Shown here: positions 44,873 to 57,800 of the stretch, piece by piece | How the letters are laid out: each line of letters starts with the position of its first letter | Numbering within the stretch: position 1 is the first letter of the stretch | NCBI GenBank assembly: GCA_025594325.1 | Contig: JANHCV010000010.1 | Location: forward strand, 1,240,001-1,304,000 | Length of the DNA stretch: 64,000 nt | Source: Blastocladiella emersonii ATCC 22665 | Lineage: Eukaryota; Fungi; Blastocladiomycota | Reading direction: 5' to 3' | Made by a program: the position numbers and the translations under genes | The notes under the pieces: generated by a model | What the model saw: only the letters and a program-made list of their open reading frames with translations | Told to the model about the DNA's origin: nothing | Database searches by the model: none

Positions 44873-47800
44873 ATGCCCGCTATCGTCACCGCGCCGCCAC
44901 CACCCGCGGCCGCGGCCTCTGCCATCAAGGTCGAGGACGCGAGCACCAAGGGCGGGTTCCGCATCGCGGGCCGCCGGCTCGTGTCGTGCTACCTGCACTC
45001 GTGCCTCGCCCTCGACTCGCTCATCGCGTGCTTCGACATCCACGTCGGCACCGCCCGCGTCGCCCTGTGCACGGGGCGGATCATCCATATGTGGAGCACC
45101 GACCGGAATGCGGTGATATTCTCGGTACGCTAGTGTGGGCTAGGAGGGAGGGAGTTGGAGGCTGACGCGAGATGGTGTGTGTAGCTGGGGAAAGCGGTTG
45201 GGCATCGTGGTACGCTCGCCGGAGGTTGACTGACGCGGACGACCACTCACGCGCGCGCGACCCCTCGTAGCCGACATCCGGTGCTGCGTCTTCAACCCTA
45301 TCGGCACCGTGCTGCTGACGGGCGGCGAGGACGGCCGCGTCATCCTGTGGAACCTGGCCAAGCAGCGCACTGAGCGGTACTCTCTCCCCCTCTCCCCTCC
45401 CCCACCCCCATCTCACCCCCGCCCTCCCCACCCCACGTAGCATCATCCAGGCCCACATCGGCAACGTGTACTCGGTGCGGTACTGCAGCGAGGACCGGTT
45501 CCTGAGCTGCGGCGACGACGGGAAGGTGATCCTGTGGGAGCCTGGCCCGGGCACCACCAACTACTCGACGGTCCTGCAGCACCCGTCGACGGTCCGCTCG
45601 TTCGCCTTCAGCGACGTGCACGACGACCGGCTCGTCGCCGGCCGCACCGACGGCGTCGTCGACACGTGGAGCCTGCCGCGGCTCGAGATCATCGACTCGA
45701 TCCGCCCGGAATCCGACTGGTACGCGGGGCGCATCCGATTCCCCCCGTGCTTGTGCCCCGGTGGCGCCGCCACGGGTCCGACGGCGTGTGTGGCTGATAC
45801 CCGACGCGTCGAAACCCGAAAAATGTAGGCAGGAACGCGAGCTCCTGTCGCAGCTCGGCGGGCCCGGCCAGGCCGCGCTCCTCGCGCTGCTCACGACGAA
45901 AAACCCGGGCGACCCCGAGCACCACAGCGGGAGTCTCCTCCACCTCAGCCTCGCGCCCAACTCGCTGTGCCTCGCGACGTGTTCGACCGATAACACGTGC
46001 AAGCTCTGGAACGTCGGGTCGTATATGACGGACGACCCGGACTTTGGCAAGGTACGCGCGATTTTGCGGTGTTCGGGGGAGCGGGTGACGGTGCTGACGT
46101 GCGCATGTGTGTAGGCGCCAGCGGGGTCCGCGGACCCGACGCTCCGCGTCAACGTGTGGGACGAGCCGGGGCTCGAAGGCAAGGACGTGGACGGCGAGCT
46201 GCACGTCGGGACCATCGACATGCGGCTCGGGTACCACGCCGACCTCGTGTGGACGCTCAAGCACGAGAACCCCGTCGTGTGCGCCGTCTTCACGGCGCAG
46301 TCCGAGTACGTTACTTGGCCGATTACCTCACGCATGTGCTCATTTGGCGCCCGCGCAACCCGCGTATAGCATGGTCATCACGTCGTCGCTCGACTGCACC
46401 ATCCGGTTCTGGAGCGTGCGGAAGGGCAACCTGCTGTTCCAGATCAACACGCCGGCGCCCGCGCGCCACCTGATTGTCGACTCGGACAACTACCTGTTCG
46501 CCATCGCCGGCATCCGCATGCTCAAGTTCAGCTTCAAGGCGGGCAAGGAAAAGGACGTGCTCGCCGAAATGGAGGAGCTGCGGTCCCGCGCCCTCGAAGA
46601 GTCGACCCGCGCACTCATGCAGCCGCCCGACCCGGCATCGCGGTTCAAGTCGCTCCTCGCCCAGGAACGCGACGCGGGCGACGGGGGTGGGGAAGCGGTC
46701 GACGGGCTCGAGCGTACGATTTCTCGGGCAAACTCTGTGATGGGAGCCGTAGGCTGATCATTTGCGACTGTAGGCTTCACCATGGCCGAGGTCCGCAGTC
46801 TGCTCGCGCAGGGCTCGCTGATGGCGTCGTCGCTCGACACGCTGCTCGAGGACAACTCGCACGTCGACGCGTCGCAGCTGCGCCGCAACATGGCGCTGCA
46901 CGACGTCAAGGCGGGCGCCATCATCAAGGCCATTGTGCAGAACAACTTCCTGCCCACCGACATGCTGCACGCGTTCGCCGCCGCCGACCTCGTCAACAAG
47001 CACGCCGGCAGCCCCGTTGGCGACCTGTACGGCCTGCTGAAACGCGCCGAGCCCGTCCGCGAGTTCCTCATCCGCGCGGGGCTCCGGCCCGCGTCCCAGC
47101 AAGGGCCGAGGCCCGTGTTCCCGCTCAAGTTCCAGGACTTTCGCCCGTTCCGGTCCCTCGACAACGAGACGCCCGACCGCGGCCGCGTCCAGCGCATGTC
47201 GCTCAGCGCGCTCGACGACGACGAGGAGGATGGCGACGGCGACGGCGGGCTCGGCGGTAGCAGCGGACGCCGGTCGTCGCGGCCGAAATCGTCGGGCCCG
47301 CGCGGCCACCTGCTCCACTACATCCCGAGCGAGGCCGTGACGCGCGAGCGGCTGTCGTCCGAGGGCCGCCCGCGCCTGCGCAAGCTGTACCTCGAGCCGA
47401 GCTCGACGCGCCCGCCCACCACGCCCCTCCGGTTCACGCAGGTCACGTCGCGCGAGAACCAGCTGTTCCTCGGAAACGCCATGGGCGGCGCCGGCGGCGC
47501 GAGGGCAGCGGATATCAGCGCGGCCACCGCGCACATGATCACGCAGTGGACCAGCAGCGGGCCGCAGCGCGTCCCCGCGCCGCCGCCCAGGCACGCCAGT
47601 TTCGCGACCGGGGTAGGGCAACCAGCGACGACACAGTACCGCGGCCAGCACTACCGCGACCACTTTGCCGACAACCCGTCGTCCACGTTCCTGCACCCGC
47701 TCCCCGGCGACGCGGCGCTCCAGGGCGCCGGGTACGGCGGTGGGCCGCGTGGGCGGCAACCGCGCCGGCAGCAGCCACGGGCCTCGTCGCTTCCACCGCC

Positions 47801-48323
47801 CGCCTTCAACCCGCCGCCGCAGGGTGGAGCGCTCCAGGTGCAGCGCTTCTTCGGCGGGCGCGACGTCAGCGACGCGGACCTCGAGGACTACGACGAGGAC
47901 GAGTTTGACTACTCGATGATCGACAAGATGGCCGACGCGTACCGCGGGCGGCGCCGGCGCCGGCGGCGCACGCGCTCCCGCGTGCGGGGAGCGGCACGGT
48001 CCCTCTCCATCAACGGCGGCCGCACGTCGTCCGTGTCCCGCTCCGCCTCGCCGTCGCGCTCGCGGTCCCGCCCCCCTCCGCCACCCCCACTCGCGTACGG
48101 CGGGCTCAGCGTGCTCGTCAGCGACGAGGCCCTCGACACCTCGGGGACGCACTCGCACGAGCCGCACGTGGTGCCCGGCCAGGTGCGCATCGGGCACATT
48201 TACGCGCAGCCCATGGTCATCGAGCACGAGGGCAACAGCGGCGAGAGTTTGGCCAAGGCGCTCCGCGTCGGGCGGCCCGTCCAGGTCAGGTCGCAGCGCG
48301 CACGGCCTGCATTTACAAACTGA
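44873..48323 (+). CDS. WD40-repeat protein with long low-complexity C-terminus (multi-exon; last intron 46714..46773)
   Basis: WD motifs (LTGGEDGRVILWN, LSCGDDGKVILWE, ATCSTDNTCKLWN, ITSSLDCTIRFWS); spliced in frame into ORF 46782..48323. Confidence 0.75.
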
Positions 48324-48459
48324 TTGAGTTTTCGTTGTGTGGGCCGTTGTGCGCGATCGGGGCGGCGCGGACACGGCATGGCATGGCATGGACTCGCGTT
48401 GTGGCCGACGTATGGCGTGGATGTGGGGACAAAAACGTTGATATATATCTTTCACTCTC

Positions 48460-51400
48460 TCACTGCGAAGGTGGTGGCGGCGCCTCGTGGTGGTGGACCG
48501 CGGCGGCGTCCGACCCGCTGCACATCACCACGGCCGTGGGCTGCAGCCGCGACCGCGGGCGCGGCGGGAGACCGAGTTCGCGCGGCGGTGGCGAGAGGAG
48601 CGGCGCGTGGCCGCCGAGTGGCGGGGCGGCGAGCGGCAGCTGGCGGGAGTTGGCCACGGCCGCGGCCACCGCGGCGGCCGCGGCCGCAGCAGCAGCGACG
48701 GAACTCGGCAGCTCGCCCTCCTCGAGCTCGCTCGACGCGGTGCCGCGGCTGCTGCTGCTGCTGCCCGGACTCGTGGCGCGCGCGGGGACGGGCGACCTGA
48801 CGTCTTCTTCGACGGGACCGTCGGCGGCGGAAGGCGGCGGCGTAAGCGTCTCGAGCAGCGCCATGTACTCGGCGAACGCGGTGGCCTCGGCGGCCTCGTC
48901 GGCAAAGTCGGCCGAGCACGAGCGCATGACCTCGAGTTGCGCGAGGCGCACGTGTGGGGATGGGGGCGGTGGTGGCGGGGATGCGGACGCGGAGCGCGCG
49001 CGCGGAGCAGATGGGCGTGGTGGGGGCTCGAGCGGTAGCTGATGCTGTCGCGGAGTCGCGGCGGCTGCGGCCATGGCCGGCGAGACCACACGGCCGCGGT
49101 CGTGCGGCGACACGGACGTGACGATGCGCGGGCGCTTACGCTGCGGCGGCGAGTCGTCAAACTCGTCGTCGTCGTCATCATCGTCGTCGCCGTCATCGAC
49201 GTAGCTCCCGCCATCGCTCTCGTCGTTGTTCCGCGCGCGTTTCGGCGGGCGGGACCGGTGCGCGGCCGGCGTCGCGGCCACCGCCTCGTCCTCCTCGTCG
49301 CTGTCGCTGTCGCTGTCGCTGTACGCCGCCGACCGCGCCGCCCACTCGGCGACGGACCGTGGCGGGCCTGGACTGCGCCGCGCCGCCGTGGTGGGCTGGG
49401 ATCGCGTGCGCGTGCGCGACCTTGGCCCCGCGGCTGCAACGAGGGCGACGGCCGCTGTCGGTGGCGGTGCCGCGGCCGCGGCGTCGAGCGGGCGGTCGGC
49501 CGAGCTCGGCGCCGACGACGTCGTGTACCCGGAGGCCGGCGTCGACAGCGAGCTGGACGAGTGGCGCGACGGGCGCTGCGGCGTCGCGGCGACGGTGGCG
49601 GCGGTGCGCGGGAGGCGCGCGGACTTGGCGGGAGGCGGCGGGAGGTCGACGTCCATGGGCGCGACGTCACCGTCGTCAGCGGGTGCCGCGGCAGCGGCGG
49701 CGGCCACGGGTTCTGCAGACGCGGACGCGGTGCCGCCGCCGGGCGACGCCTGCCTGCTGCCGCGGCGCGACGTGGATGCCGACGCGGATGCGGACGCGCT
49801 GCGGGCGAGGCTGCTGTTGGACGAGGACCCGAGCGTGGACGGCGTGATGTTGGGCGACGGCCGCGCTCTACCCGTTGCGGCCGCGTTGCTGGCGGCGCCG
49901 CCGGTGCGCGAGCCGATGAGCTGGGCCATGGGCCGGATATCGATATTGGCGACGGGCATGTACTGGTGCTGGAAGTCGGCGGGGACGGTGCCCATGAGCT
50001 TGTACTCGTTGTGCCATTTCCGCCAGACGGAGCGGGGCGGCGGGTTGAGCAGGCGCTCGGTGGCGGCGGCCTGGACGGTCTTGAGGACGACGCGGATCTC
50101 GGGCCCCGCGGTCATGACCATGGGCCGCTTCTTGCCCGCGTCGTCGGCGAGCAGGTCCGGGTCGAGCGGCGTCGTGAGGACCGAGGTCTCGCCGCGTAGA
50201 ATGTCCGTCACCTGCACCATGTCGTAGCGCGACACACACCCGTACGAGCGGTTGGCCGAGTTGAGGAACAGGACGTGGAACCCGGATGTCGTCGGCTCGA
50301 GCTTCTGGTCCTCCCAGTCCGAGATGGGCACGGTGATGGCTGGGTACCACACGCGGTTCTCGGCGCACAGGACTAGGTTGCGCTGGTTGTCTACGTCGCG
50401 CGCGGTGGGAGAACATCGGTTAGCCGTGGGCGGCGAGGGAATCCGACGAGTGAAGCGCACAGTTCTTGACGAGCAGCGGGTTCGCGTCATCGTCCTCGTC
50501 GAACCGCCACTTGATCTTGCGGAACCTGGGCGGGATCTCGCGCATCGCATCGATCTGGGCGCAAATGGCCTTCCACTCCTCGTCGAAGCTCGGCTTGGGC
50601 GGCTCGGGGTCGGGTTGCGGCGGCACGGGCGACGAGTGCGGGCCGACGGGTTTCCCGTCAGGCCCTACGACGGCCGTCGGGCTGGACGACGGCGAGAGCG
50701 ACAGCGACGAGGTGGCCGGGTACGAGAGGTCGCCGGGCGAGATGGACGAGGCGGCGGCCGCGACGGCCACGGCGCGCGAGGGCGACCACGCGCCAGCGCC
50801 CGCGAGCTGCGGGTACGCGTAGTTGAGGGCCGGGTCGAGCGCAACGAACGGCGGCTCGTCGCGGTGCACGGACCGCAGCAGGCGGCGCTCGACCTCGTGC
50901 AGGAGGTACCCCGGCGGGAGGCGGAAGTGTTTGGCGGACGACCACCCGCGCGCATGGCCGCCGCCGCTGCTGCTCCCGCTACCACCACTGTGCGTGCCGC
51001 ACTTCTTGCGCAGGAGCTTCGCGGCGGCCTCGGCGATCCGCTGCGGCCACGGGAACCCGTACACGAGCGCGTTGCGCAGGCACTTGTGGCACTGGACGGC
51101 GCCGGCGGTGCTGACCTTGAACACGTACGTGTAGCAGTGGCATAGCGCGCACGGGACCATGGCGGGCTCCTCCCACGCGAGGTCCGGGTTGAGCGAGGCC
51201 GCCACCTGGTGCTGGAACAGGCTCAGCGCCTTGCTCGACACCCACGGCAGCGGCTCGCGTAGCCCTGCGGCGCCCTGGTCGTCCTCGGAGAAGTGGTTGT
51301 GCAGTAATCCCGGACTGTGCCGCGACCCGAGCGACCCGCTCGCGCTGCCCGGGCTCCCGCGGCTGCCGCTGCTCGAGCACGCGCGGCGCGACGGCTTGTT

Positions 51401-53372
51401 GAGCGAGCCGCGGAGTCGGCGGACGCCGGGTGCCGCGCCGGCGGCGGCCGCGGCCGCGGCAGCTGCCGTAGCGGCGAGACTGCCGGAGAGCGGCGGCCGC
51501 GTGCGCGCGCTGGAGCTGCTGGTCGACGCGCCGTCGTCGGTGATGGCCGAGAGCGGGGAGCCCGCCGAGGCCGGGTGGTGGTGATGGTGGTGCGGGCGGT
51601 GACCCGTGTCCACGGACTCGCCGATGGCCGCCGTGGCCGTGGCCGTGGCCGCGCCGAGCGGCTCGGGCGACGCGGACGCGTGCAGTGTGCCGAACATGCC
51701 GCGGCTGGTCCGCTCGCAGGTGGCGCAGAGGCAGTCCTGGTTGGCGATCCCAAAATAATCCGCGCCGTACGAGACCGTGAGCTCCTGGCCGGGCAGGATG
51801 GCGCGGGTGGCGCGGAAATGGACCTCGCCGGTAACCCGGACAACGAAGACGAGGTTCGGCCGGCAGTCGTGGTTGACGAACCGCGCGGGTCCGAGGAACA
51901 GGTTCTGCTCGCCAGAGCGGCGCGACAGGAGGACGCTGAAGTCGCGGCCCGAGACCTGCAGGGCCTCCTCCTCGGCGTGCGAGAGGGGCGCGACGCGGCC
52001 GCCGCACAGCAGCAGCTCGTCGCCGGTGCTCCACTCGCGGACCGCGACGAGCGCGGCCTGCGCGATGCCCGGCGCGATGGGCGCCTCGTTGCGGTCGTAC
52101 CGGCGCGTCTCGACCATGTCGAACCCCGCCGCCGTGCTGTACATGGCGATGTACCGCTGCAGGTGCCGGCAGAAGTGGCGGATGTGCGGCACCGGCATGT
52201 CCTCGCGCAGCCAGCGCTCGAGCCATGGGATCGCGCTAGATTCGTGGGTGAGGGCGACAAAGTGGAGTCAGTGGTGGAGGCGACAGCGTCCGGGTGAGAC
52301 CGACGTACGCAATGACCATGTGCGTGGCCATGGATAGCGACAGCTCCTCGGCAATGTACTGGCGCAGCACGCCGCACACCGTGTCGGCGGGGACGGGGAA
52401 GTCGTGCGGGGCGCGGACGAGCTCGTACGGGACGCGCTTCATGGCGGCCCACCACTCGCGCGCGCTGCCGCCGCGACCATCGCTCGCAGCGCCCGTAGCA
52501 TCGGCCGCCTCGGCCGCCGCGGTATCGAGCAGCGCGAGCCCGCCGAGATCCATTTTGCGGGTGCGGAACCCGAGGTGGATGCAGTCGAGCATGATGTGCG
52601 TGCACACGTCGTCGTACGCCGCGAGCGCGCGCGACGACGGCAAGGCGGGCAGCAGACCCGGTTGGAGCTCGTCGAGCGCCGCCTGCGCGCCGCCGGCGTT
52701 CGCATGGGCGAGCAGGTGCGCGAGGAGAGACCGCGAGGCGACGGCGTGTGCGAGACGGCGGCGCGCGGCATCCTCGTCATCGGCGCCGTCATCGGCTTCG
52801 CTGCTGTCGTCGTTGTCTGGCTCCTCCTCCTCCTCCGAGTCCGCCGCTGCTGCAGCGGCATCAGCCGCTCGCGGCCGCAAGCGCGAGGCGGGCGCGCGCG
52901 CGTCGCTGATTTCATTGGCTCCGTCCGCGGCGGTTCCGTCCGCAGCGGGCGAGTCGGTGCCCGCGGGGGCAGCTGGACGACTCGATGTCTCGCCGGCGGC
53001 GGCGGTGCCCGGCGACGCGGCCTGGACGTCCGCGTGCGCAAGCGCGGCGGGCGGAACAGCTCCGTGCATCGGGTGCAGATGAGGGTGCGCGAACGGGTGG
53101 TGGTGTGCGAGTGGTGGTGGTGGTGGAGCTGGAGCCGGGTCGGCGGTGCCGTCGGCGGTGTTGACGAGGGGCGTGGTGGGCGCGGGCGCGGGCGCGGGCG
53201 GCGGCACGTCGCCGTTGCCGCTGCTGCGTAGCGACCGAGTGCTGCTGGAGCCACCACGCCGCGAACCGCTGGGCGGTGCCGCGGGCGCGGGCGAGGCCGG
53301 AATTGTGGACGGCGGCGGCATCGCGGGCCGATCCATGGGGTTGGCGCGCTTCCGAGGGCGCGGGGGGTGCAT
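48460..53372 (-). CDS. SET9: H4K20 methyltransferase Set9/KMT5-like, paralog A (introns 52236..52308 and 50391..50460), with Cys-rich and PWWP-like regions
   Basis: YDDVCTHIMLD.IHLGFRTRKM, DFSVLLSRR..NLFLGPARFVNHDCRPN, ELTVSYG, CLCATCE; splicing gives KNYNQRNLVL..VWYPAITVP. Confidence 0.85.
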
Positions 53373-54834
53373 GGGCGCGGGTGGTGGGCGCGGCGGCGCG
53401 TGTGGTGGTGGTGGTGGGGGAGCGAGGGAGCGAACGGAGGAGAGAGCGCGAAGTGGGCGAGCGGTGGGAGGGGAGCGGGAGGGAGAGAGGGAGACGACCC
53501 AGCCGCCGCACGCTTCGCTTCGTCGCTTCGTGTTCGTGTGCGCAACCGGGCAACCGTCGCTGGCGTCGAGTGAGCCACGCGGCACGCGGCACCGCGGCGT
53601 CAATTTTTCAAGTGGGCGCGCGCGCGCTCGCCAGGTTTTCGGCGGTTGCTGCTGCTTCCGCTCTTGGGGACTCGTGGGCGAGTGGGCGCAGCGAGAGGAA
53701 GAGGGCGGAGAGAGAGAGAGGGCGGTGCGACGCGCGTGTTCGCTCGGCGCCCGCGGCCAGGATCGGGGTTGGCGAAGCGCGCGGTCCGCCGCCGCTCGCC
53801 GCGCTGTGGTGGCGATGGTGGCCGCGCGGCTGCAGCCAAGAAATCGAGCTTGGCCGGCCACGAGCCCCGTGAATCTGGGCCTGAGCCGACTGCTGCGTCG
53901 GGTTCCACGACGGGGAGTGGGACGCGATGCGACGCGTGCAGAAGCGGCGGCGGCGAGAGCTTGGATGAGGGCGAAGGAGGTGGCGGCACGCCTCTTGCTT
54001 GTGTGTGTGCCTGACCGGGTGGGAGAGCGGGGGTCGCTGCTGGTGATCGCAGTGCGCAGCAGCTGGAGCGCGAGCGCGGCGGAGTGGTGGTGGTGGTCGT
54101 GGTGCAGGCGGCGATGGGAGAGCGCATCGCGGTGGGCGCGTGAGACGCGACGCGAACTTGTTTCCGCTGCCGCCGCTGCTGCTGTTCCTGGCTCCGCTGC
54201 TGCTCTTGCACCCCACCCTCGGCGCGTGGATTCTCGCCCGCCTACGTCCTCTCTGGCCGAATCCTTGCATGCCGCTGGGGCGGTGCCGCTCGCCTCACGT
54301 CTCGGGTGCGTTTGCGCGCGCAAGTGCGAGACTCGCGACGCGCCGCACGCTCCCTGTTCCCACGACGGCCACGCAGCCGGAACGAGTGCGGGAGAAGCGG
54401 ACGGTTCCCGCCGCCGATGAACCGACTGACCGACGGCCCGCACTCGTCGCTTGTGTGGCCTCGCTCAAAGCGACACTCGGCGCCCTCTGTCGCCTCTGGA
54501 AGTCTCACCAAGGGCTGACACGCACGGGTCCAGGGCCTAGCGCACCGACACCGGCACGAACTACTCTCCGCTGTGTACTGCTCTCTGGTTCGCATCGAGA
54601 CGAGCCATGGATGTGGCAAACTCAAGGGAAGATCGCAGGTTCCAGGGCACGCGCCCGAGTCCCCCGATCCGACGCGCGTGAGCCACCCTCGCTGCTGCGA
54701 TCGATGCCGCCTGATCGCTTCCTCGCCTCCTCTCCTTACCTCAAGTCTCGACAAATCACTCCACAAACAATCCAGGGGGGAAGGAAGCAAGCCCGCAATA
54801 CATTTCTACTCTACTGTGCGCACCCAGCAACCGC

Positions 54835-57800
54835 TCAGCTGCGCACCCGCGGCGGCAACCTCGGCGGCCAGTCGTGCCCCGGCGAGAGTGCCGGTGCGTT
54901 CTCGCCCGCGTCCGACTCGGACCGCGACCGCGCCGGCGCCGCGGGCCGCGCCGCAACCGACTGCGACTGCAGCGACTTTTTCACCTTGCGCTTCTTGGCC
55001 GGCGGCGACTGGGACTCGCCGTTCGCGGTCGCCGTGTCAGCCTGGCTCGCGGGTCGTTTGCTGGCTTTCGACGACGACGACGACGCGGGCGAGGACGACG
55101 ACGAGGTGCGCTGCTGCTGCTGCTGCTGCTGCTGTGCGCCGTCTTGCCGCGCGCGGTAAGCGCTCGCCGCCGCCATCACCGCGGCCAACGGCGACGACAC
55201 GGCGGAGTTCGACTGCGAGTTGACCGAGGAGCTTGACGACGACGAGCCGGACCCGCTCGACACCAGGTCGACCGGCACCGCGGACCGCCGCGCGCGCGGC
55301 GCGCTCGTGTCGGCGCTGCTGCTCCGGCCGCTGCCCCCGCCCCCGCCGCTCTCGGAGGGCGACGACGACGACGACGACGAGTCGTCCAGCAAAATGACGG
55401 TCCGCGTAGCGGTCGCGGTCGCGGTCGTGGTCGCGGCTGCGGGTTGGCGCGGCAATCGCACCGGCTCGCGTTCGCGCGGGCGTGCGCTCCGCTCGGACTG
55501 CGCTTGTTCGCGCTGCGGCGAGCGTTGCGGCTTCTGCTGCTGCTGCGTGGCGCCGTGGCGAGCGAAGACGGGCGCTGCAGAACGAGAGGGATCGCTGCGA
55601 GCGGAAGCGGCGGAAGCGGCGGCGGCGGGCCGCGCGGGAGCAGCAGGTCGAGCGGGCGGGTCGCTGCGAGCGGGGGCGTCGCGCAGCATCAGCGCGGCGG
55701 GGGAGACCGTGCTCGGTGCAGCAGCTGGTCGAGCACGAGCGGGTGCAGGAACAGGAGCTGCAGCGGAGGCCGGTGACGGTGCCGATGCATCACGACGAGC
55801 TGGCACGGGCGCAGCCGGTGCTTCGCGACGAGCAGGCGCGGCCACCTTCGCCTTCGCCGCAGCCGCCGCCGCAGCCGCCGCGCCGTCCGACACAAGCTGC
55901 TGCTTGCTCCCCGCCCCCGCCCCCGCCCCCGTCGGCGGCGTCGGTGGCGCCGGCGTGAGGGGCTTGAGGTGCGCGAGCCGGGTGATGTCGATGTTGACGA
56001 CGGGCTGGTAGACGAGGTCGGGCGGGAGGTTGGGTGCGGCCTGGGCGCCCTTGAGGAGCTGGAACTCGTTGGCCCAGCCGGCCCACGTCATTTTGCGCAG
56101 CTTGCGGCCCGTGGTGTCGCGCGCGATGGCGAGCAGGCGTTCCCACACATTCTTGAGCGCGAACCGGTAGTGCAGGTCGCCGGACACCAGCACGATCGCG
56201 GTCAGGGTCGGGTCGTCGGCCTTGCTGGACGAGGCGGGGGAGGCGGGCCGGGCGCCAGCGGCCATCGTCGTTGAGGAAGAGGAGGAGGATGCGAGCGACG
56301 AGGACGACGAGGCCGTTGGCAACGATGGCGGCTGCGGCTGCGGCGGCGGCGGCGCGGCGTAGATGGACACGCCGCCGTACAGGATATCCGTGACGCGGCG
56401 GATCTCGCGAAAGTGCGGCGCGGCAAACGTCTTTTCGTACCCGAGGAACATGACCTGGTAGTATCCCCACTCGAGCTCAAACTTCTCGTCCACGTAGTCG
56501 CACAGCGGCACCGTGATGGCCGGCCACCACGCCTTGTCGAACCACGCGAGGACAAAGTGCCGCTGGTTGAAATGCGGGACGGGGACCGCCGCGGGCAGCG
56601 GGTGGTCCGGGTGCTGGAACGAGTCGGGCGCGGGCTCGACGACGCGCGGGACACCGATCAGGTCCGCGTCCTTGAACTGCACCTCCATCTCGCGCAGCTT
56701 CGCGAGCTCGCGCGTCAGCCGCGCAATCTCCTGCCCGCTGAGCCGCGCCGGCCGCGTGTCGACTGGCGCGGGCGCGGGCGCCGGCGCTCGCGTCTGCACG
56801 ACCTCGATAGTCGTGATGATCCCGTCGTCGCCCTCGTCGCGGCCTTCGGCGCCCGCGGCCGCTGCCCCATCGTCCGCGTCCGCGTCCCCGGCGCCGCTCC
56901 CGTTCGCGGCCGCGGGCGCGCCGTTGTACGTCAGCCGCCAGTGGACCTCGTGCAGGAGGTACCCGTCGGGGATCCACTTGCCGCCGGGCGCCTCGACCTC
57001 CCACATCGGGCGCCGGTTACGTGCGCTGGCGTTCGCGTTCGCGCTCGCGCTCGCGCTCGCGGCGGCGGGCTTGACGCGCACGGGCCAGTCGGTGCCGTAC
57101 AGCTGGTCATGCCGGATACACTTGTGGCAGATGACGATGCTGGCGGGCGTGACCTCGAACGTGTACGTCGAGCACGCGCAGCGCGCGCACGGGACCATGG
57201 GCGGCGACGGCGGCGGGGTGTGCGACACCTCGCGCTGCGCGAGCGCCACGCGGGCGCGGAACGACTGCAGCACGGGCGGCGGGATCGATTTGCTCTTGGC
57301 GCCGGCGGAGCCGGAGCCGGCGGAACGCGTGCGCGAGGACGCGGCCGGATCGGGCAGCGCGGCCGCCGAGGAGGATGGCGGGGCGCGGCTACGGCTGCTC
57401 GGTCCGCCACGCTGCGAGCGGGTGCGGGTCGTCGCGCCGCCGCTGCCGCTGCCGCTGCTGCTTCGGTCGTCGAGCTCCATGGCGAGCGCACTGCCCGCGT
57501 CGCCGTCGTCGGCACTGGCGACGTGGTCGAGCGGGATGCGCGGCGCGAACCCGTTGACGGCGCGTTGCTCGCACGTGGCGCACATGCAGTCGGCGTTGTT
57601 GAACCCGAAGAACGAGTTGCCGTACGAGACGAGGATCTCGTCGCCCTTGGCGATCGGGCGGATGACGACGAGCCGCGCGCGGGTGCCGGCGGACACGTCG
57701 AACCGGACGTTCGGGTTGCAGTCGTGGTTGGCGAAGCGGATGGGGCCAGCGAGCAGCTTGGACAGGGACTTGTTGACCTCGAAGATGCTGAACTCGCGGC

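Noticed and set aside
53600-54790. ORFs between the two Set9 paralogs
   Set aside because: Low-complexity promoter/UTR-like sequence with no coding bias or domain motifs
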